Assembly (NCBI GenBank): GCA_023150835.1
Contig: JAKLKB010000026.1
Coordinates: forward strand, 1-57,885
DNA from: Myxococcota bacterium
Lineage (GTDB): Bacteria > Myxococcota_C > UBA6777
Length of the DNA stretch: 57,885 bases
Direction: 5' to 3'
Numbering within the stretch: position 1 is the first letter of the stretch; every line of letters starts with the position of its first letter. Below the pieces are notes generated by a model. The model saw nothing but the letters and a program-made list of their open reading frames with translations. It was not told the origin of the DNA and did not search any database. The translations under genes were made by a program, and so were the position numbers. Positions 1 through 10,175 of this stretch are shown in pieces.

Positions 1-138
1 GCTGGCAAGATACGAAAGGAGACGGAAAGATCGGATGGCAGAAGCTGTGGGAAGGTTACGAGCAATTTCTCGACATCCTCCAAGGATGGGAAATGTCAAA
101 AACATCAAGTGCATAGAAAAGAAGTGTCCAAGAGAAAG
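1..138 (+). mobile_element. 3' end of an IS4-family (IS50/Tn5-like) insertion sequence: transposase C-terminus (3..116) plus terminal inverted repeat (120..138)
   Basis: Frame 3 reads WQDTKGDGKIGWQKLWEGYEQFLDILQGWEMSKTSSA*, resembling the Tn5 transposase dimerisation tail (..DSKRTGIASWGALWEG..). The reverse complement of 120..138, CTTTCTCTTGGACACTTCT, matches the Tn5 mosaic end CTGTCTCTTATACACATCT at 15/19 positions. Confidence 0.85.
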
Positions 139-168
139 CCACAAGGGACCGATGGCCCCTTGACCCCG
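139..168 (+). repeat. Truncated copy of a dispersed palindromic element (..CAAGGG..CCCTTGACCCCG family)
   Basis: CCACAAGGGACCGATGGCCCCTTGACCCCG closely matches the reverse complement of 29218..29247 and the copy at 55610..55663. Confidence 0.75.
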
Positions 169-320
169 TGTTGGCGGAACAAACAACAACATTCCAAACA
201 AACAACCCTGCCGCTTGAGACGGCACGAACACGGGGAATTTTATCGATAAACCAGTCGCCCGAATCCAACAAACCAACGTGGATCGAATCAAGCAGTTCA
301 AAGAACAAAGGAGCTTCGTT

Positions 321-914
321 ATGGGACAAAAATACGTCAGTTTTTTTCTTTTTTTGAGTTTACTTTCGTTACAACACAGCGTCTACGCGAACCCATCACC
401 GTCTTCTCAAGGAGAATTTCTACAAAAAACATCGCAAAAAGCGACGATCACCAAAGCACTCCAGATCCCACCTCTGACCCAAACATGCTATATCGTCGGC
501 GGAGTGACGGGTTCGGTGCTGGGCTTTGGCATCGGACACGGCATCGTTGGGGAGTACAATTCGATGGGATGGGTCTTTACGATGAGCCAAGTGCTGAGCC
601 TCGCGATCCCGCTCCTTGCGGCGCTCACGATGGCGATCATCTATTGGGACGGCTCCGCAGCAGGAACCATCGATCACTTGATCACGACGTGGGCAAATTT
701 TTTGTGGGTAGGGGTGGCGCTTTGGGCGGCTTTTCGGGTGTGGGAGATCGTGGATCTGTGGGTGCGCCCGCATCATCGGCTGAGCGCAAACAACAACACG
801 TCCTCGACAACCCAACCCATCGTTGCTCCGATGCCCTCGAAAGCCGCCTTTGCGATCATTCCAACCATCCTTCCGCAAGGCGGCGTGGGGATTGACGTTG
901 TCGGTCAATGGTGA
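321..914 (+). CDS. Hypothetical membrane protein with signal peptide
   Basis: ORF 279..914, with ATG at 321 after GGAG. It has an N-terminal hydrophobic segment ending VYA and about three hydrophobic helices (GFGIGH.., LAIPLLAALTMAIIY, FLWVGVALWAAF). Confidence 0.7.
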   Translation: MGQKYVSFFLFLSLLSLQHSVYANPSPSSQGEFLQKTSQKATITKALQIPPLTQTCYIVGGVTGSVLGFGIGHGIVGEYNSMGWVFTMSQVLSLAIPLLAALTMAIIYWDGSAAGTIDHLITTWANFLWVGVALWAAFRVWEIVDLWVRPHHRLSANNNTSSTTQPIVAPMPSKAAFAIIPTILPQGGVGIDVVGQW

Positions 915-1037
915 AGCGAACCAGAGCGCAACAACGAATCGAGCCACATTGCAAAAAACAGCGGCGCGGTGGATACTTCTGCGGTGTGTTCGGCCTAAAG
1001 CCATCCCACGCGACACAGACCACACAGGGGGTCCACG

Positions 1038-3578
1038 ATGACTGGTTCTATTCGCTTGTTGTATCCGATATGTTGGATGATCTTATGTGTTTATCTTGGG
1101 CTGTTCTTGGGCGGATGCCCCGAACAAGCCTGCCCAGCAGGGCATTGCACCTCACAAGAATCCTGTTTAGCCGACGCTTCTTGTTCTTCTCCGAGCGAAC
1201 AAACATCAACGCCCGATACTACGAATCCACCCGATACCACGAATCCACCCGATACTACGAATCCACCCGATACTACGAATCCACCCGATACTACGCTCCC
1301 ACCCGATACTACGAATCCACCCGATACCACGAACCCACCCGATACCACGAACCCACCTTGCGCAGCAGACGGTGGATCGTGCGGATCGTTCGGGTGTTGC
1401 GCAGGACTTGTGTGCAACGATAAAAAGCTGTGTGTGCTACCCACTTCGGGCGAAGTGATCGTCAACAAAGACGAGTTTTTCTACAAACTGCCTGCCTCGA
1501 CAGCTTCTTTTCAGGTGTGGACACAACCGACCCTTCAAAAGGCCACACCCGAAGCAACCGCTCCATCCGCTCAAAGCGACGCCATACGCATCTACAGCGC
1601 CAAACGGGAGTTCGAGCCGTTTCAAGTCTTGTTGCGCAGCACCACTCCCAAAAGCATACAGATCCAATGGCAGACCTTCCCAAACCTCGGCGCATCGCAC
1701 CGAATGGAGATGGCGTTGGTGGGCTACAGCCAAGGCAAAGCCGAGTCTTTGACACCGATCGTCCAAGGGCAAACGCTCACGATCGCAGCAAACAGCACGC
1801 TCGCTGTATGGGGAACGCTGTTTGTCCCCGCTGACGCGCCCACAGGCGCTCACGAAACCACGCTGACGCTGCAAGACGGTACAACCGCACACACGCTGAC
1901 GTTGCGACTTCACGTCTTCGCGTTCCAACTGCCCGCAGAAACGCACTTTCGCTCACAGATGAACCTCTCGATCCAGCCCTTGATGGACGGAAAAGGCACC
2001 TACCAAGAACAATTGGATCGCGCCAAGCGCTTTTTGATCGAACATCGCTTTACTCCCAAATCTGTCCCTTGGCCCTCGGGCTTTGGGGCATCCATTACAT
2101 GGGAAAACAACAAAAACCCCCAACGCTGTAAGCAGTTCTACGATGAGCCTGATGAGTCACCGCCTTACAGTATCGGCCATCTTGCGCGTCGTTATGGCCT
2201 TGGGCAAGGTTGGAATGATGGCGTCGGTTTCCCAACGATGATGCTGTTCCAGTTTGTCGATAACGCAACCCCCCGACCCAGCAGCTTTTGCGGCGTTGCA
2301 CGAGGCACAGGACACGAAGGAACCACCGAGTACAACAACGCTTACGGTGCGTACCTGAAAGCATTGCAAGATTATCTCGCTCAAGCGAGCCTTTTGGACA
2401 AAGGCTACCACTATGTGATGAACGAACCACAAAACGATGCGGATCACGCATTGGCCGCGCACTTGTGCCGCCTGATCCGCCAAGCCGCGCCCAAGCTCAA
2501 GATCGCCATCAGCGAAGAAGCCAAACCACAGATCTATGCCGATAGCAAGGGCGCTTGTGGATATGATATCTGGATCGCGCACATCCCCACCTATGCGCCC
2601 TACACGGAAAATGCTTGGCAACGCCACCTCCAACACGGCGAAAAAACATGGTGGTACAGTCTGCCCCAAGATAGCGCCCCCTTTCCCAACCCCACACGCC
2701 CCGAAAATGACGGCATCGAAGTTCGCGTAATCCCTTGGTTGGCGTGGCGCTTTCGCGCCGAAGGATGGGCGTATTATGACGTTGGATCTTTTCTTACCAA
2801 CGGCAAACAGCCGACTGTGCGATTTGCACTCTTGCGCGAAGGATTCGAGGATTACGAATACCTCTGGCTGATCAACCAACAGCGCTACCCCATCCCCAAA
2901 CAGACCGCGATCCCCGACGAAAGCGTCAACCGCCTTGTCTCTAGCCTCACAAGCTACAACCGCGACCCTGCGGCCCTCACCAAACTGCGCCTTGAGATGG
3001 GCCGATACCTCGGCAAAGAACGTACGGACCTCCCCTTGATCAAAAGCGCCGATCCACCGCGCCCTCGTCAACCCTATTACCTCAACTTCCAAGATCCCAA
3101 CGGAGAACCCAAAGCCAGTCCCCTCCAAGTCAACGGCAAAACCTACCTCAAGATCGGCTGGGACAAGTACGACGAAAAGCGCGGATACGGCTGGTTTGGC
3201 CCCTACATCAGCGATCCCAAGATCACTCGCAGTCAATGGCTTGCTGATGCGCCCGTCAATCCGCTCCAACGCAGCATCCTCTATGATGACTATGGGCGCA
3301 AAAACACCTTTGAGATCGACCTACCCAACGGCCTCTACAAAGTGACTGTCAGCGTCGGTTGGCACAACAAAACCTACCGCTACCACCAAGTTTGGATCGA
3401 AGGCAGCCCTCTCATCGACAACGAAACCACCGATGCAAACAACCAGTACTACATCGTGCGCAGCGTAGATGTGGATCTCAAAGATGGCAAATTGACCCTT
3501 GAGATGGGCGGAAAGTCCCCCAAGTCCAACGACTTTGAATACACGATGCTCAACTTCCTCGATATCGAACTGCGTTAG
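1038..3578 (+). CDS. Lipoprotein with GH123/DUF4091-like glycoside hydrolase region and C-terminal beta-sandwich
   Basis: Lipobox LGGC, a DTTNPP linker, AKREFEPFQV, YVMNEP, WWY, and TVRFALLREGFEDYEYL (DUF4091-like). The C-terminus (Y..KRGYGW..DLPNGLYKVTV) resembles a carbohydrate-binding sandwich. Confidence 0.75.
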   Translation: MTGSIRLLYPICWMILCVYLGLFLGGCPEQACPAGHCTSQESCLADASCSSPSEQTSTPDTTNPPDTTNPPDTTNPPDTTNPPDTTLPPDTTNPPDTTNPPDTTNPPCAADGGSCGSFGCCAGLVCNDKKLCVLPTSGEVIVNKDEFFYKLPASTASFQVWTQPTLQKATPEATAPSAQSDAIRIYSAKREFEPFQVLLRSTTPKSIQIQWQTFPNLGASHRMEMALVGYSQGKAESLTPIVQGQTLTIAANSTLAVWGTLFVPADAPTGAHETTLTLQDGTTAHTLTLRLHVFAFQLPAETHFRSQMNLSIQPLMDGKGTYQEQLDRAKRFLIEHRFTPKSVPWPSGFGASITWENNKNPQRCKQFYDEPDESPPYSIGHLARRYGLGQGWNDGVGFPTMMLFQFVDNATPRPSSFCGVARGTGHEGTTEYNNAYGAYLKALQDYLAQASLLDKGYHYVMNEPQNDADHALAAHLCRLIRQAAPKLKIAISEEAKPQIYADSKGACGYDIWIAHIPTYAPYTENAWQRHLQHGEKTWWYSLPQDSAPFPNPTRPENDGIEVRVIPWLAWRFRAEGWAYYDVGSFLTNGKQPTVRFALLREGFEDYEYLWLINQQRYPIPKQTAIPDESVNRLVSSLTSYNRDPAALTKLRLEMGRYLGKERTDLPLIKSADPPRPRQPYYLNFQDPNGEPKASPLQVNGKTYLKIGWDKYDEKRGYGWFGPYISDPKITRSQWLADAPVNPLQRSILYDDYGRKNTFEIDLPNGLYKVTVSVGWHNKTYRYHQVWIEGSPLIDNETTDANNQYYIVRSVDVDLKDGKLTLEMGGKSPKSNDFEYTMLNFLDIELR
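1212..1355 (+). repeat. In-frame 18-bp tandem repeat x8 (PDTTNP)
   Basis: CCCGATACYACGAAYCCA repeated eight times, one copy encoding PDTTLP. Confidence 0.95.
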
Positions 3579-3843
3579 CGCCCCGCTCTCGTCCAAGTGG
3601 ACGCCCTCCACACCGCACTCTCCGTATAACCGTGTGAGTCCTGCCTTAGAAGACTTGACGCGAACAGAAAAAAAGCCTTAGTCTTTACGAGGCTTGCCTC
3701 CAAAGGCAGCGCGTTCTCCAACCCACCCCAACAAACAACGAGGCATACCACTCGTGCGCTTTGAGGGCTTGTAGAACGCACACGAGGCTCCGCCCCCTAC
3801 GCACCACGCCGCCTCCCTGAGGGAAGGCCCGAGGATACAGCCG

Positions 3844-5646
3844 ATGAGTAGCACAGAAAGCACCGCAGAGCGACGAAAAGACCGATACATCGGCCAAAAG
3901 ATCAATCATCTTCGATTGACGGCCTGCATCGGTACAGGCGGGTTTGGAGCCGTATATCGAGCAGAACACGAAAAACTTGGGACAGCCTTCGCCGTCAAAC
4001 TGCTGCATCTCCAACACCTCGACAACGACAAACTGATCCAGCGCTTTGAACGAGAAGCCCGCACCATCGCCCAGCTTTCGCACCCCCATATCATCCGCGT
4101 CTCCGACTTCGGACAAACCGAAGACGGCAGCTATTATCTCGTGATGGACTTTCTTTCAGGAACGCCCCTCAACGCAGCCATCGAACGCGGGCAGCGCTTT
4201 ACCACCGCAACCCTACGCACCTTATTTCAGCAGATCAGTTCTGCTCTCGATTACGTTCACCGCAAGAACATCGTCCATCGCGATCTCAAACCCGAAAATA
4301 TCTTTATCGAGATCGACCCACACAAGAAAGAAAATCAAGCCAAGATCCTCGACTTTGGCATCGCAGGCATCGCACGCGAACCCACCCTCACAGGCACAGG
4401 AGCCGTTCTTGGCTCGCCTCTGTACATGTCTCCCGAACAGATCCAAGGCAACACCAAAGAAGCTGACGCTCGCTCGGACCTGTACTCCTTGGGCATCGTG
4501 CTTTTTCAAACGCTCACAGGCGAAGCGCCCTTTCTGGCGAGCGATACACTTGGTGTTCTCTATAAACACATCCACGCTCCCATCCCCTTGCTCCACGAAC
4601 GACGCCCTGCGATCCCTTGGGCGCGAGAACTCCAAGCCTTTCTCCATCGCGCACTCGCCAAACAACCCGAACAACGCTTCCAAACCGCCGAAGACTTCGC
4701 TGCATCCCTCGATCTCGCACTCGCCAAACAAGAAGCTCTCGCCCCACAAGCCACCTTCCCCCAACGCCTCACTCTCGAAGCCATCTCCCAACAAGAAACC
4801 ATCCTCCCCACCGAAACACCCGTACGCAACCTCTCTCTCCCGCGTCTTTCCTCTCTCCCAAGCCGCCCCCTTGTGGATAGTCTCCAACTTCAAACGCCCA
4901 TCAAGCCAAGCAAGATGCGTTATCTTGTGGTCGCTCTGTTTTTCCTGCTTGCCCCCGTTGGCTGGTTTGGCTACATGCACTTCGCTGCACCTCCCCCGCC
5001 CAACCGCTCCGTACGATCCCTACCGCCAAAACCTTCCCTGACGGCCTCTGTTCCGATAAAAACAGCGGCAAAACCCGCCCTCGTTCTCCTCACAAAATCT
5101 CACCACCTCCTCCGCCAAACTCCACCTCTAAGCTCATCCCTTCCCCCCCAAAAGAACCCCTTGCGCCCTCGCCCTGACGTCCTTTCTTCTCTCCCAAAAG
5201 AAGGCCGTATCGCACTCGCAAACGGTATTTTGGCTTATCCCGCAGCAACCCCCAACCTACCCGCTCCTTGCTTGACGATCACCACGCAAACCGAAGGAGC
5301 CATCCTCTGGCAAGGACAGCAGCGCATCGGCCCTGTTCCGATCACCCTGATCGGTCCCGCAGGATCGACCTATCAGCTTCAACTCCAAGCACCCCACCAC
5401 GCCCCCCAAAACCTGACAGGCACGTTGCCCCAAACTGATCCTGTCACCCAAGTCGTCGACTTAATCCGCCTCCCCACCGCTCCCCACAACTCAGAACTCC
5501 GCGCCTTTCGCCGCCAAAACCGCCCATATCGAAACGCCCGAACAAGACGACAACTGCGAAAGCAACAAAGGAAAGAACTTCGTAAGCAACGCGACCAAAC
5601 AACGCCCCCCAAAACACGGGTGTTTGAGGTCGATGTCTTTCCGTGA
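3844..5646 (+). CDS. Membrane-anchored Hanks-type Ser/Thr protein kinase with PEGA-like extracytoplasmic part
   Basis: GTGGFG, AVKLL, HRDLKPEN, DFG and GSPLYMSPEQ motifs, plus the TM helix YLVVALFFLLAPVGWFGYM. Confidence 0.93.
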   Translation: MSSTESTAERRKDRYIGQKINHLRLTACIGTGGFGAVYRAEHEKLGTAFAVKLLHLQHLDNDKLIQRFEREARTIAQLSHPHIIRVSDFGQTEDGSYYLVMDFLSGTPLNAAIERGQRFTTATLRTLFQQISSALDYVHRKNIVHRDLKPENIFIEIDPHKKENQAKILDFGIAGIAREPTLTGTGAVLGSPLYMSPEQIQGNTKEADARSDLYSLGIVLFQTLTGEAPFLASDTLGVLYKHIHAPIPLLHERRPAIPWARELQAFLHRALAKQPEQRFQTAEDFAASLDLALAKQEALAPQATFPQRLTLEAISQQETILPTETPVRNLSLPRLSSLPSRPLVDSLQLQTPIKPSKMRYLVVALFFLLAPVGWFGYMHFAAPPPPNRSVRSLPPKPSLTASVPIKTAAKPALVLLTKSHHLLRQTPPLSSSLPPQKNPLRPRPDVLSSLPKEGRIALANGILAYPAATPNLPAPCLTITTQTEGAILWQGQQRIGPVPITLIGPAGSTYQLQLQAPHHAPQNLTGTLPQTDPVTQVVDLIRLPTAPHNSELRAFRRQNRPYRNARTRRQLRKQQRKELRKQRDQTTPPKTRVFEVDVFP

Positions 5647-6992
5647 TCCGCCCCTCACAACCGCTCATTCGCCCAAAGAGAGACCGTATGCGATCCCCCG
5701 ACACTTTCTTCGCGCAACAAGCGCCTCGCTGCTTTTTACTCCTGTTTTGCGCCCTGCTTTCTTGGATGCCCCAAACCGTCTTCGCCCAAGATCGCGAAGC
5801 CTACGAGCGAGAGCTTCGCACACTCTACGCCGAAGGAAAAACGTTCGCCGAAAAGCAAGAATACAAACAAGCCTTGATCAAATTCAAAGCAGCCCTCGGT
5901 CTCTTCGACCAGATGAAAGCCGTCTCAAAAGATGACGCCGAAAAAAAAGCCCTTTTTCAACGTCGAAAAATGCTTCTTTATACCATCGGTCGAACCTATC
6001 AGTACGATAAACAATGGAGCAATGCTTACAAATACTATCGTGATTGCCTTAAAGAAGATCCCGACGTCAAAGTCAAGCAACTGATCCAACAGCACCTCCA
6101 AACCATCCAGCCCGAGATCACAGGCGATATCGAGATCGAATCGACCCCCTCCCCAGCGACCGTCCAATTGCGCGATGAATGGGGGCAGATCATCACGGGC
6201 CAAACCCCGTTCAAGCGCAAAGTTCCTGCGGGCACCTACGCAATCACCCTCCAAAAAGACGGATACACCCCCGTCCTCAAATCCATCCAGATCCGCCACC
6301 GCGCAACCCTTCAAACCCAATACAACCTATCTTCCGCACGTTCCACCTTCACCCTTCAAAGCAACCCAAGTGGCGCACAGGTCAAGATCGTCGGACTCAA
6401 CGGCCAAGAATACACAGGCATCACCCCCCTCCAACAAGCCCTTCTTCCCGGGCGCTACGAGATATCCCTCAACCTCCCCCAACACCAAGAGAAACGTTTC
6501 TTTGTTACGCTCAAGACGGGTTCGGAGCTAAACCGCCAAGAAACGCTTACCCGCATCGGGACAAGCGTCACTCCACCCTTGCGCACAAACCCACCCACCC
6601 ACGAAGAAAAGCATCTCTTCGAACAACGAAAAAAACATTTACAACAAATGAAAACTTACGCAACGACGGCCAATACGCTCGGTTTTGTGTCGGGCGCTTC
6701 GTTCCTTGCGTGTACTGTGACGTGGGCTATCGGCAACGCCAAGGTTGGGGAATTCAATAACAAAGCAGGCGATTTTACCTTCAACGGAACCGCGCAAGAA
6801 AATTATGACACCGCCAATACATCACAAGGATTGCGTGCAGCCACTTATGTCTTTCTGGGCTTGTCTATCGCCGCTGCAGTGACAGCCATCAGTTTTGCGG
6901 TCATGGTCGTCGCTGCCCCTCCCCCCAAAGCCTCAGCCTCTCGAAACGCCTCGTTCGCCCTTGAAAAGCAAACGCTTTACTCCGTCCGTTAA
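5643..6992 (+). CDS. TPR plus PEGA-domain protein
   Basis: GTGA overlap with the kinase, a signal peptide, TPR-like helices, two PEGA repeats (IESTPSPATV..G.TP; LQSNPSGAQV..GITP) and C-terminal hydrophobic helices. Confidence 0.85.
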   Translation: MIRPSQPLIRPKRDRMRSPDTFFAQQAPRCFLLLFCALLSWMPQTVFAQDREAYERELRTLYAEGKTFAEKQEYKQALIKFKAALGLFDQMKAVSKDDAEKKALFQRRKMLLYTIGRTYQYDKQWSNAYKYYRDCLKEDPDVKVKQLIQQHLQTIQPEITGDIEIESTPSPATVQLRDEWGQIITGQTPFKRKVPAGTYAITLQKDGYTPVLKSIQIRHRATLQTQYNLSSARSTFTLQSNPSGAQVKIVGLNGQEYTGITPLQQALLPGRYEISLNLPQHQEKRFFVTLKTGSELNRQETLTRIGTSVTPPLRTNPPTHEEKHLFEQRKKHLQQMKTYATTANTLGFVSGASFLACTVTWAIGNAKVGEFNNKAGDFTFNGTAQENYDTANTSQGLRAATYVFLGLSIAAAVTAISFAVMVVAAPPPKASASRNASFALEKQTLYSVR

Positions 6993-7037
6993 AAGCGAAA
7001 AAGCCTGAGATATCCTGTCAACAAGTATCGACTACGA

Positions 7038-7343
7038 CTACGAATCCTTCGGTACACACTCACCTCGGAGCGACGACCCAGAGGGGGCGCTCTCCGAACA
7101 TTTTGGGCGACCTACGTTGAAGCACTTCCCACAATCGCGATTGTTCGAGCAAGAGACGACACCAGCGCAACTATCTTGGTCGACACATCCGCCGCCAACG
7201 CACGCTTGACCTGCGATGCAATCATCGGTTGTTCGGCAAGGCTTGTAGGCGAGTTCACAAAAGCATCGCGTCAACGACAGCAACAAAAAGCAACAAAAAA
7301 ACCAACCCCACAACAAGCGGCGTGTTCGCATCGATCTCTGCAT
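7038..7343 (-). CDS. Small Cys-rich secreted protein or lipoprotein
   Basis: Hydrophobic N-terminus followed by CRTTDDCIAGQACVGGGC-type motifs. It lies 18 bp downstream of the co-oriented 7362 gene. Confidence 0.6.
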   Translation of the reverse strand: MQRSMRTRRLLWGWFFCCFLLLSLTRCFCELAYKPCRTTDDCIAGQACVGGGCVDQDSCAGVVSCSNNRDCGKCFNVGRPKCSESAPSGSSLRGECVPKDS

Positions 7344-7361
7344 CTTTCCGAAAAGCCTCCA

Positions 7362-10175
7362 TCATCGGGGGTTTGGAGCAGCCGCTTTTTTGGCCTCTTC
7401 GACGGCTTTTGACAAACGCTGGATATCTGTCTGAAAAACACCTAAGCGCTGTTTCATTTGTTGCTCTTGCTCTGTCAGCCGCTCTCCAAGCGATTTCAAG
7501 ATCTGCATCGCAGACGGAAGCGTCGAAGAGACGTTGTCCACCGCCATACGAAAGGTCTTTGCGTCCTTTTCCATCTCTCGCAAGCGGCCTTCTGTTTGCG
7601 TAGAAAACTTCTTGAGTAGCTCAAGCGCTTCTTGGATCGGCTTGAGATCCGCTGCGATCCGCGTGAACATCCAACTTCGCGCTTCCGATTCGGCCACCAA
7701 ACGCTTCATTTGTTCTTTGTTTTTGGTATCTTCCGCCACAAGGCGCGCCAGCGCTGCGGGCAGCGGGAACAATATCTTTTGCGTCGCCGCCAATTGGCGA
7801 GAGAGCTGTTGTGCGCGCTGTTGCAACGCATCCAACGAAGCCTTGTGCGCCTCAAGCTGTCGTACTGCTTTTTCCGACGCTTGCTGTAATGCTGTGTCTT
7901 TTGCTTCAAGGGCCTGATGGCGGTTGTCTGCTTGCGCTTGTGCTTGTTGCACCGTCTTGTCAAGCCGCGCCAAAGCCTCGGCCTCGCTCTGGATGCGCGT
8001 GCTGTGTTGTGCGAGGATCTTGCCTTGCGACGCCAAAGCCCCTTGCATCGCTTTTTGCAACAATTGCAACGCGGAGATCTGTTGTTGTTGACCCGCGATC
8101 CGCGCCAAAAGCTCCTTGTGGCGGGAGGCTTGCTTTTCTTGTTCTTCTTTGGCTCGATCTTCCGAGGCTTTCAACGCACGCGATAGATCCGCCAATTGTT
8201 GCTTTAATTGCCCGATCTCGCTACCTTGGCTTTTCCTCGCTCCCTCCAAGCCTTCGACACGCCCCGCCACAGGCGTCACCATCGAACGCGCCCCCTTCAA
8301 CAACATCTCAGGATCAAGAGGCGGCCAAACCAAACGCGCCCCCAACAACCCCACCAAAAAGATCCCCACCAACACCCCCACCACTTTTCCCAACGGCATC
8401 CCTCCCATCACAGCAGGAGGCATCAAAGAATTCGCTGCCACCGCAGCTTGAGAAAGCTCACTCCCCGTCGATGAACTCGTCGGTTTTGTCGCCTGCTCCG
8501 AGGTGCTCTTTTCTGTAACCTTCGCTGGTTCCGATGCTTTCGCAGCTTCTGTAACCTTCGCTGGTTCCGTTGCTTTCGCGGCCTCTGTAATCTTCGTAAT
8601 CTTCTCTGGTTCCGATGCTTTCGCAACTTCTGTAACCTTCGCTGGTTCCGTTGCTTTCGCAGCTTCTGCAACCTTCGTAAACTTCGCTGGTTCCGCTGCT
8701 TTCGCAGCTTCTGTAATCTTCGCTGGTTCCGCTGCTTTCGCAGCTTCTGCAACCTTCGCTGGTTCCGTTGCTTTCGCAGCCTCTGTAATCTTCGTAATCT
8801 TCGCAGGTTCCGCTGCTTTCGGAGCTTCTGCAACCTTCGCTGGTTCCGCTGCTTTCGGAGCTTCTGTAATCTTCGCTGGTTCCGCTGCTTTCGGAGCTTC
8901 TGTCACCTTCGCAGGTTCCGCTGCTTTCGGAGCTTCTGCAACCTTCGCGGGTTCCGCTGCTTTCGGAGCTTCTGCAACCTTCGCGGGTTCCGCTGCTTTC
9001 GGAGCTTCTGTAACCTTCGCGGGTTCCGCTGCTTTCGGAGTTTCTGCAACCTTCGCGGGTTCCGCTGCTTTCGGAGCTTCTGCAACCTTCGCGGGTTCCG
9101 CTGCTTTCGGAGCTTCTGCAACCTTCGCAGGTTCCGTTGCTTTTGGAGCTTCTGTCACCTTCGCGGGTTCCGCTGCTTTCGGAGCTTCTGCAATCTTCGC
9201 AGGTTCCGTTGCTTTTGGAGCTTCTGTAATCTTCGCAGGTTCCGTTGCTTTCGGAGCTTCTGCAACCTTCGCGGGTTCCGTTGCTTTCCGAGCTTCTGTC
9301 ACCTTCGCGGGTTCCGCTGCTTTCGGAGCTTCTGTAATCTTCGCAGGTTCCGCTGCTTTCGGAGCTTCTGTCACCTTCGCGGGTTCCGCAGCTTTCGGAG
9401 CTTCTGCAATCTTCGCGGGTTCCGCTGCTTTCGGAGCTTCTGTAATCTTCGCAGGTTCCGTTGCTTTCGCAGCCTCTGTAATCTTCGCAGGTTCCGTTGC
9501 TTTTGGAGTATCAGAAGGTTTGTTGGAAAAGCTGTCTGTTTTTGGCGCGGAGGAGCGGGACAAAGAAAGAGAGGGTTTCGGTGGTTCGGTCGGTTTCGTT
9601 GGCTCTGTGGGGACTGGCGGGGTGGCTTTTTTAGAGGAATCTGTCGAGGTTGTGGATGCGGATGATTGGGCAGGATCGATGGCTTTTAAGGAGGCCATGC
9701 TTGGGGAGGTTTTTTGTGAGGAGAGGGGATCGTCAGGAGTTGTTTTGGATGGGGGTGGTTTGAATGCCTCTGTTTTGGTGGTGGGGCTGGTGGTGGAGTA
9801 CGAAGTGCGGGCAGGCAAGGAGTCCGAGGAGATCGTCTTGATCGCACCGAGCGAGCCGCTCGAACGGCTAGGCGAGGTGTTCCCTGAAGAGATGGGGCTG
9901 GTTGTAGGTTTGGTGGGCGTTGGGATCGGAGAGCGAGTATTTGTGGGTGGGGGTATCTTCTCGGTGGTTGCAGGAGAAGAAGCTGCGGGGGTTTTGGAGG
10001 GGGAAGGCTCGCTTTGGGAGAGGTTGGAATTCAAAAACGAGTCGATGTTGGTATCGTTGCCAAGCAGCGCATCAAGATCGCCAAGCCCCTCGAAGAGATC
10101 TTCTTGTGCAGCAGGGGGCTTACTTGAGGGAGTGAGTGGATGGGCTTGCGCGTTCTCTTTTTTCGATGAAGTCAT
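7362..10175 (-). CDS. Bitopic membrane protein: disordered Pro/Ala/Lys/Glu repeat N-terminus, one TM helix, C-terminal coiled coil
   Basis: Likely start MTSSKK at 10175. It has 27 KAAEPAKVTEAP-type repeats, the TM VVGVLVGIFLVGLLGA, and about 300 aa of heptad-rich Q/E/L/A sequence. Confidence 0.85.
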   Translation of the reverse strand: MTSSKKENAQAHPLTPSSKPPAAQEDLFEGLGDLDALLGNDTNIDSFLNSNLSQSEPSPSKTPAASSPATTEKIPPPTNTRSPIPTPTKPTTSPISSGNTSPSRSSGSLGAIKTISSDSLPARTSYSTTSPTTKTEAFKPPPSKTTPDDPLSSQKTSPSMASLKAIDPAQSSASTTSTDSSKKATPPVPTEPTKPTEPPKPSLSLSRSSAPKTDSFSNKPSDTPKATEPAKITEAAKATEPAKITEAPKAAEPAKIAEAPKAAEPAKVTEAPKAAEPAKITEAPKAAEPAKVTEARKATEPAKVAEAPKATEPAKITEAPKATEPAKIAEAPKAAEPAKVTEAPKATEPAKVAEAPKAAEPAKVAEAPKAAEPAKVAETPKAAEPAKVTEAPKAAEPAKVAEAPKAAEPAKVAEAPKAAEPAKVTEAPKAAEPAKITEAPKAAEPAKVAEAPKAAEPAKITKITEAAKATEPAKVAEAAKAAEPAKITEAAKAAEPAKFTKVAEAAKATEPAKVTEVAKASEPEKITKITEAAKATEPAKVTEAAKASEPAKVTEKSTSEQATKPTSSSTGSELSQAAVAANSLMPPAVMGGMPLGKVVGVLVGIFLVGLLGARLVWPPLDPEMLLKGARSMVTPVAGRVEGLEGARKSQGSEIGQLKQQLADLSRALKASEDRAKEEQEKQASRHKELLARIAGQQQQISALQLLQKAMQGALASQGKILAQHSTRIQSEAEALARLDKTVQQAQAQADNRHQALEAKDTALQQASEKAVRQLEAHKASLDALQQRAQQLSRQLAATQKILFPLPAALARLVAEDTKNKEQMKRLVAESEARSWMFTRIAADLKPIQEALELLKKFSTQTEGRLREMEKDAKTFRMAVDNVSSTLPSAMQILKSLGERLTEQEQQMKQRLGVFQTDIQRLSKAVEEAKKAAAPNPR
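8510..9505 (-). repeat. In-frame 36-bp tandem repeat x27
   Basis: Plus-strand unit about TTCGCNGGTTCCGYTGCTTTCGGAGCTTCTGYAAYC. Three units carry a 9-bp insertion. Confidence 0.95.
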
